From Adineta vaga (taxonomy: Eukaryota > Animalia > Rotifera), in contig CP075496.1 of NCBI GenBank assembly GCA_021613535.1, positions 8,432,001-8,496,000 of the forward strand: a DNA stretch of 64,000 bases. The letters run 5' to 3'. The position numbers were made by a program, and so were the translations under genes. The notes beneath the pieces are model-generated. The model was given only the letters and a program-made list of their open reading frames with translations. It was not told where the DNA came from and ran no database searches. Positions 13,442-27,236 of the stretch are shown one piece after another (position 1 is the first letter of the stretch; the number at the start of each line of letters is the position of its first letter).

Positions 13442-14281
13442 ATGATTGCAATTATAATTAGTTTAATTCTTCTTGGAATCAGTTGCGTGATTTTATTCTT
13501 CACTGGTGGAATGTTTGTTCTTATTGATCCTTTACTTCGTCTAGCATATGCTCGTCATAAGAAAATTCGTCGTAGTGGACGTCCGCAACATATTTTTCTC
13601 ATTCGACATGGAGAATCACAAGCAAATGTCGATAAAAGTAAGTACTCAATTCTTCTCAATTTATTTACAGAAATTTCTTCGTTTATCATAGCGTTATGTT
13701 CTCGTATAGCTGATAGTCAAGTTGAATTAACTGAACGTGGTCATCAACAAGCTGTTGAAGCTGGTGAAAAACTTCATTCTATTATTGGAAAAGAATCGAT
13801 GTATGTTTATTTGAGTCCATATAAACGATCAAAACAAACATGGATGAATATTCGAAAAGCATTTTCACCCTTACAAATTATTACTGAACGTGAAGATACA
13901 CGTCTTCGTGAACAAGAATTCGGTAATATTGCTGATCTTCAAAAACGACCTCAAGAATTAGAAGATCAAAAACGATTAGGCGAATTTTACTACCGTTTTT
14001 CTTGTGGTGAAAGTGGTGCAGATGTATGTGATCGTGTTTCATTGTATCTTGATACATTATTTCGTGAAATGGACAATGGACATCATGATCCAACACAGAA
14101 TATTGTGATCGTTTCACATGGTTTATTTATGCGATTGTTTTTAATGAGATATTTCCGTTGGAATGTCGAGGATTTTGAAAATATCAAACAATTTGGTAAT
14201 TGTGAAATTTGTCAATTAACCAAAGTGAATGGCGTATATACACTTGATGGACATACAAGACCACCTACAAAATCGTCATAA
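13442..14281 (+). CDS. Histidine phosphatase / phosphoglycerate mutase-like protein (DET1/AT74 type) with an N-terminal membrane anchor
   Basis: Motifs IFLIRHGESQAN, LTERGHQQA, SPYKRSKQT, RLREQEFGN, FYYRFSCGESGADV and IVSHGL. There is a 54-nt in-frame GT-AG intron at 13638-13691. Confidence 0.9.
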   Translation: MIAIIISLILLGISCVILFFTGGMFVLIDPLLRLAYARHKKIRRSGRPQHIFLIRHGESQANVDKSKYSILLNLFTEISSFIIALCSRIADSQVELTERGHQQAVEAGEKLHSIIGKESMYVYLSPYKRSKQTWMNIRKAFSPLQIITEREDTRLREQEFGNIADLQKRPQELEDQKRLGEFYYRFSCGESGADVCDRVSLYLDTLFREMDNGHHDPTQNIVIVSHGLFMRLFLMRYFRWNVEDFENIKQFGNCEICQLTKVNGVYTLDGHTRPPTKSS

Positions 14282-14813
14282 AATAAAAGAGATTAATATA
14301 ATTCGTTTTTTTTTCTTTGAATGTAAAAACTCTTACATCGTAATAACTAAATGAGAACGAAAACTATCAAATGTTAGTAATGCGACTCTTTTCGCTTCAA
14401 TATTGACAATCTTATATATTTCGGAGAAATGAACGTAAGACTCTTGAGAATTAGAGAATACTGATTGTTTAACAACGACGAAAACTAATAGTAAAAATGA
14501 GGAGGCGAAATCGTCATGGCATGATGAAAGAGTAAGAGGAAGAAAAAAATATATTGTTCTGTACAAAAAACAACTCTTTCATGACATTCTAATGTTATTT
14601 TTGAATTTTGATTGAATAAATATAAGTAACTCGTTGCTGTTCAGTGGTTTATTCATATTTTTTTCTTCTCTGTTTTTGAAAAAATAAGTTAGAAAGATAT
14701 TTTATTCATCAAATATCTTTCTTATTCTAGTCAATCTCTCAAATTTGTGTATAAATTTCTCGGTATATTGATTATAGATTAACTTTCGACTATTCTATCT
14801 TTCAAAAATAAAC

Positions 14814-15496
14814 ATGGGTTTTTCGGAACGATTTCCTCGATGGATTACAGGAATATTAGGTGTGGCTCAAGTTGTTATCACTGCAGCTATTGTTGGTTTA
14901 GAATTAGGATCATCATATATTGATCTTGCGCATGGTACTATATGGGCTGGATATTGGTGTAGTATTGTTTTCATCTGGACATTTCTCGTTATGCTATTTA
15001 TCAGTAAGGATTACTTTGCTTTTTGATAAAATAGTTCTACAATTCGTTTTCTTTATCTAGCTTGCTGTTGTCGAGGACGTTGTTATGCATTTTATGTGCT
15101 TATTTTGAACGGTAAATATTCTGAATCTTTGCTCATTATCATCTTATGGATTTCTAATCTTTTTCAGTCTTAAGTGGTTTATTGGCTTGTGTACTCATTT
15201 ATTTTGATCAATTATTTATGAATGATCTTTGTAAATGTTATTTAGGTGATCAGTTATGTTGTGCAGTTCGTGGTATTCCATCATTAACATCAAATTATAG
15301 TGGTATTTTGGACGATTGTGCTACAGCTATTCAACAAGGTACAATTTCAACACGTATTTGTCCTAGTATCCCAACTGATAAATTAGTATTAATTAAAGCA
15401 CAATTAGGTTGTGCTGTCGGTATGTTGGTTAGTTGTGGACTTTATGTTGTTCTTTTTATATTTGCTTGTGCTGGTGTTTGTTTTGGACATGATTAA
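14814..15496 (+). CDS. Four-pass membrane protein (MS4A/CD20-like topology) with a Cys-rich second loop
   Basis: Three exons (about 14814-15004, 15061-15111, 15168-15496) encode four hydrophobic helices and an IWAGYWCS motif resembling the MS4A WxG motif. Confidence 0.55.
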
Positions 15497-16237
15497 AATT
15501 GTATTTTTTTTCATAATGAATCTTTGTATAAAGACTGATATTCTTAAGTTAATGAAAAAAAAACTATGTGTTTTCGAATTTTATGTTATTAAGAAATATT
15601 AACAACATCATCTGTATTTGTTTGTTTTGTTAAGCAGTTTCAAGGCGTAACTTTACAAATTGTCTGAGAAAGTAAAGTTGATTTTTGTCACAGTTGAACT
15701 TAAGTTAGTTACAAAGAAAGAAATTTCCATAATGTAAACACACGACATCATGATTTTCTTTAGCTTTGACAATCTGATCACTATTTGCCCAGAGAGTGAA
15801 AAGAAGTAAATAATATTCTGTTATTGTGAATTTGAAGGTAACAAAATGCAAGAATGTTAATATAACCAAAACAGATTGAAGAAAGAATCCTTTCCCTCTT
15901 TGTATGTGCTGTTCTTCGATGTAGGAGTGCAAAGATTTGCTAATGAAAAAGAAAAAAACAATTTTGAAGAACCTCTTGAATCTACTAAAAATGTTTACAG
16001 ATTGAATGTCTCTCTAGATAGACAAACCTTTCTATTTTTCTCATGTTCCAATTGTAGTATAATACGTCCAAAATAAGTCGCTTTGCAAGAGTGACATCTG
16101 CTTGCAAGTCATAACTCATATTGTTGATATGTTTCTCATTCGTTCGTTCACTCATGTCGTTTTTTCGTTATCTTTATTCATCACATACATACTTCTATTC
16201 TATTCTATTAACAGCAAATTCCAATTAAAAAGTCAGA

Positions 16238-16897
16238 ATGATATCTATGCCTTTAACCGTATCGATTGATAATACTCGAATAATTGATCCAACCAATGGT
16301 GATGAAAAATTTACTGTAAAATCTTTCAATTTATCTATTTGTAATTCATTTTCTAGTATTCTTATATGCACATAGGTTTATCAAGTCACTGTACGTGGTG
16401 GTTCAACTCCAACATTTCATACAATCGATCGTCGCTATCGTGAATTTGAGGCTCTACATACACGTTTATCATCAAGTGTATCCCTTCCACACTTACCACG
16501 TAAAGTTTTATTACATCGTCGCAGTGCAAAACTAATTGAACAACGAAGACAATTACTTGAAATCTATTTAAATGATTTATTACGACGATGTCAACAACAA
16601 TCAATCATGCCAGAAGAATTAGCACGATTTCTACAAATTGCACCCTATGATGATGAAAATCGAAAAGATCAAGAACAACAAGATTTTATTATGAATAACA
16701 ATAATGATTATGAAACGAAATATATACTTGAACATGCGCCATGTATTTCTATAAGTGATCATTGTCCATGGAATAATGATAATCGAGGTGAGTTTAATTT
16801 TTTAATCTTATGAAAGAATAAGAAGTTTTTTTTAATTTTAGAAATATTAATGGATTCTATTCTTTCTGGTTTAATGCATGCGATGTATGATATGTAG
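16238..16897 (+). CDS. PX-domain sorting nexin (SNX22/SNX24-like)
   Basis: Three exons give EKFT/VYQVTV..HTIDRRYREFEALHTRL..LPRK..LIEQRRQLLEIYL..LARFL, a canonical PX motif set. Confidence 0.85.
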
Positions 16898-17139
16898 TTT
16901 AGTTGATTGAGATTGCATGAGAAAAAAATCTAATTTTTTAAGTTTATGTTTTAATAAATTGCGTACGATGAATGAAATCATTTTCTCATTCTTTGAACAG
17001 TAGTATCTGTTATGCAGTTGTTCAAATAAAGAATTCATTTCATTCTCTTATTTCGTAATTGGAGAAGATCTTTATTCATGCGTTACATAATAAAATAATG
17101 AATATCTCAGTTGAAAGAACAAGAAAGAAAAATGTTTGA

Positions 17140-17211
17140 TGCCTACTACAGGGATTGAACCTGTGACCTTCGCTTTACGAGAGCGACGCTCTGCCACTGA
17201 GCTAAACAGGC
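17140..17211 (-). tRNA. tRNA-Thr (anticodon CGT)
   Basis: The reverse complement is GCCTGTTTAGCTCAGTGGCAGAGCGTCGCTCTCGTAAAGCGAAGGTCACAGGTTCAATCCCTGTAGTAGGCA. It folds as a cloverleaf with a TCGCT/AGCGA anticodon stem, a CTCGTAA loop and a GTTCAATC T-loop. Confidence 0.95.
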
Positions 17212-17526
17212 ATATGGATGAAAATACGAAGAAATCTTCTTACTGCTTGTCCTCTTCATCTCCATATTTCGAGATTACTACATGTCTTTTTTGTTATGTG
17301 GTAAGTACATTTATACGGCTTAACACATCAAGAGAATGAAAAATTTCGAAGAGAGAAGAAAAAAGAAGAGAGAACTACCCGCTGTATGACCTTCTTTTTT
17401 TCGTAGACGTATGTATGTATGTATATATATATATATACACAACTACTCAAACAGAACAAGTAAAAGTTCGTCTAACTACACAAAACTATTGTTGATATTG
17501 TACAGTTGAGATAAATCTTCAATACA

Positions 17527-17913
17527 ATGAAAAACGTTCTACTTCCTCTTCTCCTTGGTCTTCTTATTTTAGGTAAGATATGACTTTTAAGCAATAGATT
17601 AATGATTAACTTTCGTTTTCTTTCAGTTACTGAATCTTCTCGGCATCGTCGACAATATGGTGGATATGGATATGCTCAACAATATGGATCACAATATGGA
17701 CTTTATGGACCAGGTGGGCAAGGTTGGACAAATAATAATAATAATAATAATATGAACAATCGTTATCCAAATCAACAAGGTTATGGTTGGAATAGTAATA
17801 ATAATTGGAATCAAGGTAATCGACGTCCTGAATGGTACTATAATACAGCAAATACAATTCAATATTCAAGTCTTTGTTTTCTCTCTCTTGTATTTTATCT
17901 TTTTGTTATCTAA
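17527..17913 (+). CDS. Small secreted G/Y/N/Q-rich protein, probably GPI-anchored
   Basis: Exon 1 (17527-17572) encodes the signal peptide MKNVLLPLLLGLLIL, followed by a 54-nt intron. Exon 2 has an RHRR/Q cleavage site, a low-complexity body and the hydrophobic tail SSLCFLSLVFYLFVI. Confidence 0.75.
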
Positions 17914-17951
17914 ATAAATCGAATAGGCGCGTCGAATATCTTCTAGAAAGC

Positions 17952-20900
17952 ATGAAAGGTGTAATTAATTTAACACGATGGATATTATCAATATGTTTAC
18001 TCATTGCTAGTCTAGTTCATGTTGATTTATTCTCAATTATCTATACTTTACTCTTTTTGGCAATCCCGTGGGCGATTATTTGTTCAACATTTATTCGGTT
18101 ACGATTCTTTCTTATTTTATCTTTGATTGCTTTAATGACTAGCAGTGTTTTTCTTTTACTCATTAGTAGTCTACATATTTTTACTAAAACAACAAAAGGC
18201 AAAGATGTCTTTAGTATGAAATGTTCATTAAACGTGAGAATTTTACAACATTTCGGATTTATTCTATGGTCACAGACAACAAACAAGGTTTTATTTATCG
18301 TCACATTGATTATAAACGTGATGATTGTTTGTAAGAGAATGTATTTCTTTTTTCGAAAGTTTGGTAAACAGAAAAATATGCACCGATAGAAATTGAAGAG
18401 CTTATAAAAATAGACTGAGTAAGATGTGATGACTGATTGAGGGAATGAAAAATAAATGGTCTACCCGTAAAAAGACTGAATAATTTTTCACCAAGGTCGA
18501 TCTGAGTATGACTTGAGGGGATTTCAAAATAAAATGTAAATATGTGTATGTTAATATTCTGTAAACAGAATGTGTGCTATGATGCATAGAAAAATATGAA
18601 TTTGTATAGAATAAAAAGGAATTCTGTGAAACCAGATTTTGTGATTATTACAAAGGCAAGACGATATTCAAGTTTAACAGAGATTTAGTGTATCAAGGAT
18701 GCATTGAATTTAAAATACTCGATCTTTATTCATAGCACGCTAATTAGTACAAGAATTCGTTATTCTGATCTGTTTTTTTCTCTAGGTATTAGTCTCATTA
18801 CATTGATTAATTATAAACGTGCAAGTTCAGAAAACATACATTTCCATAAATATTCAATTTCTTCTGAAAATACTATTGATCATAGATCAAATCATATTGC
18901 CTTCTCTACCCATTTTCAATCGATTCCAATACGTATTCGACCAATATTTATCTACATTCGTTCAATGGTACTATTAGTACTTATTCATTGTTGTGGTTGT
19001 CTTATTCCATCAATTCTATCAGCTATTTATTTTCTTGTTTCACTCGGACTAACTTTTTGGTGGACATTAGGAAAACATTTTGGTCAAACATATTTATACA
19101 TCATTCGTTCCTTACAAATCTATTCACTTATTCATCTTCTTCTCATTTATATCTATCAGCTACCAGTAATTCAGCAATATTTATTAAAACCAAATGCTCA
19201 ACTCGTACGACTGTTAGGTTTACAAATATTATATCCATCTTTTTGTTTTGAACAATCATCTGTATTAAATCATCATTGGATTGTTTATTTACATCCATGC
19301 ATGCTTTTAATATTCTATTGGATTTCTATATATGAATATCATTTTAGTCGAAAATATCATGAACGATTGAAAATATTACATCGTACACAAAATAATTCGG
19401 AAAATTGTTCAGCTACAAAACAACATGATAGTTTTCATCTTCAATCACTTACTGATCTTTTCTGGATGAGCTCATCGAATGATACTGCAAGTAAAACTCA
19501 TGAGAAAGTTTTCTATAAAACAAGTTCCGTTTTCATTGCATTGATTTCATATGTACTAAGTAAAGCATATATGCTTTCAATTATTTCGATGCTTCTCTGG
19601 TCAATAACTTATCATTCATATGTAACGTTTCCTTTTCTAATTCTATCCTGTTTCATTTGGTTATTACCACAAACAAAATATTGGTGTCATTTATTTTCAC
19701 CCGTTTTCTGTTTATATGCATATATTTTATTACTTTTGAATTATATTCAATCTTTAAACTTACTTCAAGAAGAATTTTCATGGTATTTACATGAAATTGA
19801 ATTTCTTCATTCGAATAATAAATCTTCGAATCATATAACGATCATTGTTCTATTGGAATGTAGTATTAAATTTATTTATACATTACTACTATTATTATCA
19901 CTTCGGCAAAGAACTAAAGATATATCTTATAAACAACATCAAAAGAGTAAGATTTTTGATTAATTCTTCGAAGTTTTCGTTGCATTCAGTGACCACTAGA
20001 TTTAACATTTGATAGTTTACGACATATATTAAAATATATTTAGATTCTTCTACATCATCATCCTCATTGAATTTATATGAACATATTCAATTGATTTCAC
20101 CAGTTCATCCCGAAACTCAATTACAAAAAGATTCTTCTATGTCTCGCTTAAATCGAATGTACAATTACTTTCAATCACAATACCTATTAATATCTTATGA
20201 AATTCATTATATCATCTATACAGGATATGTTCATATTTGGTTCTATAAATTATTCTTCAATTGGTCTCGTTCATTGACTATTACTCTCATTTTTGTCTTA
20301 AGTTATAATTTCGATACATCACCAGTTGCTTATCGTATAATATACATGGCTTTTTTTCTTCAATATCATTTATGTTATTCACTAAGTAGACGTTTATGGA
20401 ATATATATCTATTTCCATTTTATATTACCATTATTATTTATTCAATGATTGTTCTCTTTGCAATTTATATTTATCAATTTGAAGAAGTACAAACATTTAA
20501 AACAAAGATTTGTTTTGCACATATACCGTGTGAATTCTTCTTCTCATCATTAGGTATACGTCATGCTTATAAGAATATTTTAGGCAAAGAATTATTTACT
20601 CCAACAGTATCGATTATTTGTATTGTTATGCATATACATTTTTTTCATCGACATCAAAGAAAATTTGAAAATTTGAATTCATTGAAAGAAAATCAACAAC
20701 ATTCAACAATCCGTATTCTATCAATTATTCAATGGTTACAAATTCGATACAATAAATTTCAAGCTATTCTTTGGTGCTTATGTGAATTACATATTTATAA
20801 AATAGTATTAATAGTTATATGCATGTGTTTAACTAGACAAGCAAACATCTGTATAATCAATCTAATCTTAGTTGTTATATTTGTAATGTCATTGTATTTT

Positions 20901-23900
20901 TCGGTATTACAAACGATAGTTCTGGGTATTTATGCACTCATATCAGCATTACAAATCTTAATGATTATGATCGTGAGATTAGAATTATTTGCTTCTTTAG
21001 GATATATTAAAAATGTTTGTTTTCAATTGTCGTCCAGTAAGTATTAGAAATGAATGTTATATGTTTATCAAATTTGTGTTAGATTCAACTAAACGAGGTT
21101 ATTTATCGGATATAAATCCATCTCTTTCATTACGATTAATTGCACCATTGGAATGGTTCGGTTTATGGACAAAAAGTACATCGAATATAACTGTTGGAGA
21201 ATTGATCAGACCGTGTAAGTGTCGAAATGGTTGCTGATGTTGATAATTGTATTTTGAACTATTTTCAATAGATTTAATAGTAGTTTTAAGTATAGCTGTT
21301 CTACAATTAGTACGTCGTCATTGTCTTTCTTCTTTATCATTGAACGAATTATTAAATTGTACAAAAATTCAACTTTTTTCGAATATTAATATTCAATCAA
21401 TGAATGATTCATTATCGAATAATTTAAAATATCTTTGTAATTATGGTTCCTATCGATTTGGTCTTGAACTATCTTTATTTGCTTCATTGTGTTTAATTTT
21501 ATTGAGAATGGATGCTATTGCATTGCTTCATGCATTTATTGTACTAATTTTCATTCTTTTACCAAGACATCAAGTAAGACGATTTTGGAAATTATATCGA
21601 ATCTTAGCATCAATATCTACTATATGGTTGTATCTCAATGCACTTGGTAAATATGTTATATTGAAGTCGTTTAACGTACAGTATATTTCATTGTAGGTCT
21701 TCCATCAGTTCTATGTCTAAGACATGTATTCGATCATTTCGGATCTATTTGGTTTCCTGGTCGACTTTGGCCACAAATGAAAATTTATTTCCATCTTGCC
21801 AATTATTTTGAATGGCAACCTATAGCTGAATATTTATTTCCTGATTTCGTTTTACTAATTATTCTTACTATACAAGAAAAGAATTTTATATTAGAACAAC
21901 AACAAACTAATGTTATGGAAATGGGTAGCAATGATTATGATGAAGTTACTCAATCCTATTATCCTAATCTTTTACATGATTTTATTACTACTGCAACATT
22001 ATCATGGAGCAATCGTTTTGTTTCAGTTTTTTATTCGTATATCTATTGGTTCATTATTATTTATCTCTACATTCTAGCTATATATCGACAATCATTACTT
22101 TATTTATTGATATTACTCACTTGTTTTTTTCTTATTTGGCATGGACAAGCATTTTTACAACGTCGTTCATTTCATCAACAAAGATCATTCTTACACTTTC
22201 TTTCTCTTACATTTATCACACTGATAATTGCACATTTATTTATGCAACCATTAACATGTATTTTGATTCATTATACATCAATACGACATCGTTGTTTCTT
22301 AATCAATCTTTTCAATGTTCCTTGTTTCATTAAACGATTTCAACAATTATACGGTATAGATTGTCTTGAGAAAAGTTTCTGGACTCGAATACGAGGTATA
22401 ATTAGATCATTATTTATGTCAAACGAACAGATTGAATTATTTCTTATTTAGAAAAGCATCCTCAAAATCAATATTGGAAAGATTATTGTCAGAATAGTTA
22501 TAGAAATGAATCATTAGCAATCTTATATACTCAGCAAGCATTTTATTGTCATTCTGATTATAACCAATTAGTTTTCGATGCTTTTGGTTTTCTATTTGTT
22601 CTTCTATTTATTCGAATTCTTAGTTCATATTCATTCTTTTATGTTCGTTTGGAACTTCAAGTACAAGAAGAACTATCACAAATGGGTGCTTCATTGTTAT
22701 CACAATTAAATTGGCTTAAATTAGTTGAATATCGTCAAAGAACAATGAAGGAATTAGAAAGTATTAAAGCAAGAGTTACAAAACTTCGTCAAAGACGTGT
22801 AAGTATCAGTTACAGAGCACAGAACAAAGATGAAATGAATTTATATGATTTAGATAATAGAGAAACGTGAAATTGATATCGATGAACCAATCTATCATAA
22901 CTCAGCAATACTTTCTGGTGATTATTATATGTTTGATTATTTATTTGATACACAAGAAAGTTCAGATACAATTCTTCAGTCTATGATTCATACAACAGAA
23001 TCTGAACATTCGATTAGATTGTTCGATCTATTCGAAGGAAAAGTTCATAATCAAGTCAATGATCTTGAAATAGATTTGAAATCATTATCAATGAATAACA
23101 ATACATATGAATGGAATCATTTTCAGTGGGATAATAAGTTTATTGATAGTGAAACATTTCAACAACTTTCGAATAGAACAACAACAACATACAATGAATC
23201 GGAGAGACAATCATCAATAAACAATCCAGAAACATCGATTGGTATCGATCTTTCTTCCTTCATGACATTTTTTAGTTTAAAACAAAATTTCATTAAAATT
23301 CGACGAGTTTTGGTAAATAGTTTCTCGTTTGTCTCTTTTCCCTCTCGTATCTATGAATCTATTAAAAGAACACTATGAATTCTCGTCTTCTCATCTATTT
23401 GGGTCATCAAATTCGCACTCTTCTCATCACCCGTCAAGTCATTTCAGATGCTAAACTATGTCTCAAATATCCGCATGAATCGACTCGGTTAATTACTACT
23501 GCAGTTACAGCAGACATCAATGATTATACGAACCAAGCAAAACGACAAACGAACACAACAACAAATCTTTCAACGGCTAATTCAGAAGAAATCCTTTATC
23601 AAACACCATTATCCTCTTCGAAAAGTTCGAATACATTTAACCAAAAAAATTCTCTCGCTCGAAATAAAGAAAATAAATCTTCGTATGAAAATCATCTATT
23701 CCAAAGATCATCATTGATTACTCAAAAGTATTTTGAAAAACTAAAACTTACTCGTCTTCGCATGGAATCGAAAACTATATTGATTACTTTTATCATATCA
23801 AAATTTGATTATATGACTTATTCAATGTTAATTCTAAACTTCTTAACATCCGGAGGTGCTCTCATTTGGTTCCCTCTTTTAGCTTCTATTTATTTTTGGG

Positions 23901-26761
23901 CAATCCTTACATTTCCTTATCCGTCTCGACGATTTTGGTATGTTATTACACTTTCATCGATGATCATTTTATTTCTTCAGTAAATAAATTCTGTCTCTCT
24001 CATCTATTTCATCTCATCGAACTTCTTTAGATATAATATAACATTTATTTCATCACTATCGAATAAACTCTATATCCGTCATTCATTAATTGGTCACTTA
24101 CATATTCTTGCAAATGTGTTACTTCTAGGTACTCTTTCATTTCATCGAATTGTTCTTCATCAATTAGGTTTATGGGATGATTTCCATCCTCCAATCGAAG
24201 ATTCGTTAATCTATCAAACAAATTTCATACCATCTGATATAAAACTTGTTCGCAATCAAATTATTCGAGGAATTTATACTGTATTGAAAAATGGAACTAA
24301 ATATCGAAAGAAAATTGAAACAAGTAATTCAAATGCGGTCGATGAAGTAACTCTTCAAGCACCTTCGTTAACATCTTTACTTCCAAATGAAGTTGTTACT
24401 CGACTAAAATCCGAAGCACACTTATCGAAAACGCATTTTCATCAGAAAATTTCACTTTCAATTGGTACTTGTATCGAAAATTTCAAACGATTTATTCAAA
24501 CAATAAGACATTTCTATGATTTTGCCATTGGTAAGTAAGAAACTTCTGATAAAATATTTCTATCACATTTCTTATTTTTCTAGCATGTCCAATCGTACCA
24601 AAAGTTGATTACTATTCTTCAATATTTCTCTGTGATTTCATTGTTATCTTTTTAATCATTGCTGGACATCAACGATTTTCACATTCTGAATCCGTAGAAG
24701 ATAATATAATTTATCGTTATATTCAAGGTTCATCATCGCTAGATATCACACCTATTCTAATGTTATTAACACAATTTCTATTAATTATTGTCGATCGTAT
24801 AATTTATTTAAAGAAAAATGTTCATGCAAAATTTCTATTTCTATGTTTTCAATTTCTTGTTTTACACATCTGGCTTGTTATTGTCTATCCTATATGGTTT
24901 CAACGTGAAATGTCAAAAAATTGGGCAGCTATTTCGATTTATATTTTTAAATCAATCTATTTCATGTTATCTGCTTTGCAAATACGAAATGGGTAAGATA
25001 TTACTCGAATTTGTTTCTTATTCTAACGATTAGAGTCAATGGAAATACTTTTATTCAAGGTATCCAACAAGAATCTTAGGTAATTTTTTAACTACTCACT
25101 ATTCAATATTACGATTATTATGTTATAAACTTTATTGTACTATTCCATTTCTTTATGAAATGCGTGTTTTAATGGATTGGATGTTTATTCCAACATCATT
25201 ATCATTAACATATTATTTTATGATGGAAGAAATCGCTCGAAATGCATGGACACAAAAATGTTTGCAAATGATGGATGAAAGATCGCCAAGAAAACGAGCA
25301 TTAAATCGAAATCGTTGTGAACTATGTAAGCATTGAAAAGTGATTTCTCAATCAGAAACGGAAAAATACTGCAGAAAAAGGAATATTCTCGATTGTTTAG
25401 ATTGCATTGGTGGTTGGATTTTATTTGCTATAATATTTGTTATTTGGTTCCCATTGATATTTTTCAGGTAAGACTTGTATATTACAAGCAATTGAAATGT
25501 GAAATAATTTCTTTGTTATGGTTTCAGTATTAGTGCTCGTTTTGCTGATCCAATTCCAATTGATCGTTGTGAGATTAAAGTTCGTTTATCAACTTATAAA
25601 GAATTGTGAGTTATCTTGTTTTGTATTTTGAATAAATTGTACACTTTTAAATCATCAGATATCAATTAGTGACGACAAATGTTCGACAATCAACAGAATA
25701 CGAGTTTTCTAAGGATATTTATCCATTAATTATGAATTCATCATTTGCATCTGGTCCTCGAGATTTGACAGAATCTGATGTTGCTTGTATTAGTGCATTA
25801 GGTCATGTTGGTGCACAATGGACTATTTCGCTTTCAGCATTGAATCAATTGAAAATAGAATTAAAGCAATTTACTGATAATACTACATATAATATACCTC
25901 AAATATATTTTGATTATTCTTTTATACGTAAAGAACAAACGAGTGAACAAGATGATTTACCTTCAGGTTATATCGTTACTCTTTCCAGTACACATAATGT
26001 TTCTTTAACAAAAGAAAATGCTTTGACATTATTAACGATGCTCTCATTCGATAATCAAACACAAGTAACTAAACTATTTGATGCGATATTTCCTTCAAAT
26101 AAGTTTCTTTTAGGCAACAATTATTGTTTCACAACTAATGCCTAAATTTATTCATTTACTACCTGATATGATTGATATAAAATCTCCTACATATCCTCAA
26201 GATATTCAGTTAACATTACGACGAGAAAGGCAATTGTTATGGTGGGATATATCAGAAATATCTACAAATAATTGGAAAACGAAATGTTCTTTTGATACGC
26301 AAGCACTTAATTTTATTGTTATATCAGAACGATCAGGTGCTCAATCAAAAAGTTTTAATCTAATTGCAAAATTATTAATTGGTTAGTTTGAAAAAAGCTT
26401 TACAATTTCAAATTTTTATTATTCCAATTGCCATTATCTAGGTAGTAATGCAAAATTAACATTAATTGGCGTTTATGCTGGTCTTGTTTATGTTTTATGG
26501 TTAACATGTTTTCGTCAGACACTATTTTCAGATATTCAATCGATTATGTATCATGAATGGCCATTTGCTGATCGTATTCAACGATTATGTGAAGAAGTTT
26601 ATCTTGTACGAGAACTTGGAGAATTACAATTAGAAGAAGAATTATTTGCTCGATTACTTTTTCTTCATCGTTCACCAGAAACACTTATTCGATTCACTCG
26701 ATCAAAAGAAACAGCAAGAAAACAAGAACAATATCGAAATCAACATCTACATCAACATTAG
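17952..26761 (+). CDS. PIEZO: Piezo-type mechanosensitive ion channel, multi-exon
   Basis: Many transmembrane exons. Hallmark segments are LLTQFLLIIVDRIIYLKK, ALQIRNGYPTRILGNFLT, IPFLYEMRVLMDW and the C-terminal DRIQRLCEEVYLVRELGELQLEEELFARLLFLHRSPETLIRFTR. Confidence 0.95.
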
Positions 26762-27236
26762 ATGAAAAGAAAAGACTCTAAAAATAATTACAAATAATAT
26801 GAATACTGAAATATCGGTAATATATAGAACAGAATTCAAATAACATATTCATTGTGTTGTTTTGCTTATCATCTGTTATCACTGATGTCTCATTCTACTA
26901 TCGCTATGATCTTTGAAGTACGTTAACAAATATAAATGAATAATATAAGTGAATGAGAAAGAAATGATAGTGATTCATCATATTAATGAAGTTCAACGTT
27001 CTGGAAAGGAAAGGAAAGGAAAGAGAATAGCATTTAATTTTTCCTCGATTATTTCTATGAAATACTTTTATTGTATGTTCATAATTTATTTAACAGATAA
27101 AATCAAATCCAATACCAGAAACTTTCCAAAAAACAAATCAATCACAACTTATATTATGCCATTCAATATAAATCATAGAGAAAAAAACTTTGTATTATAC
27201 AATAAAATAGAAAATGATTCTATGAATCAATAGATT

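Noticed and set aside
17136-17339. 67-aa ORF beginning MMPTTGIEPVTFALRERRSATELNR
   Set aside because: It is the antisense reading of the tRNA-Thr gene.
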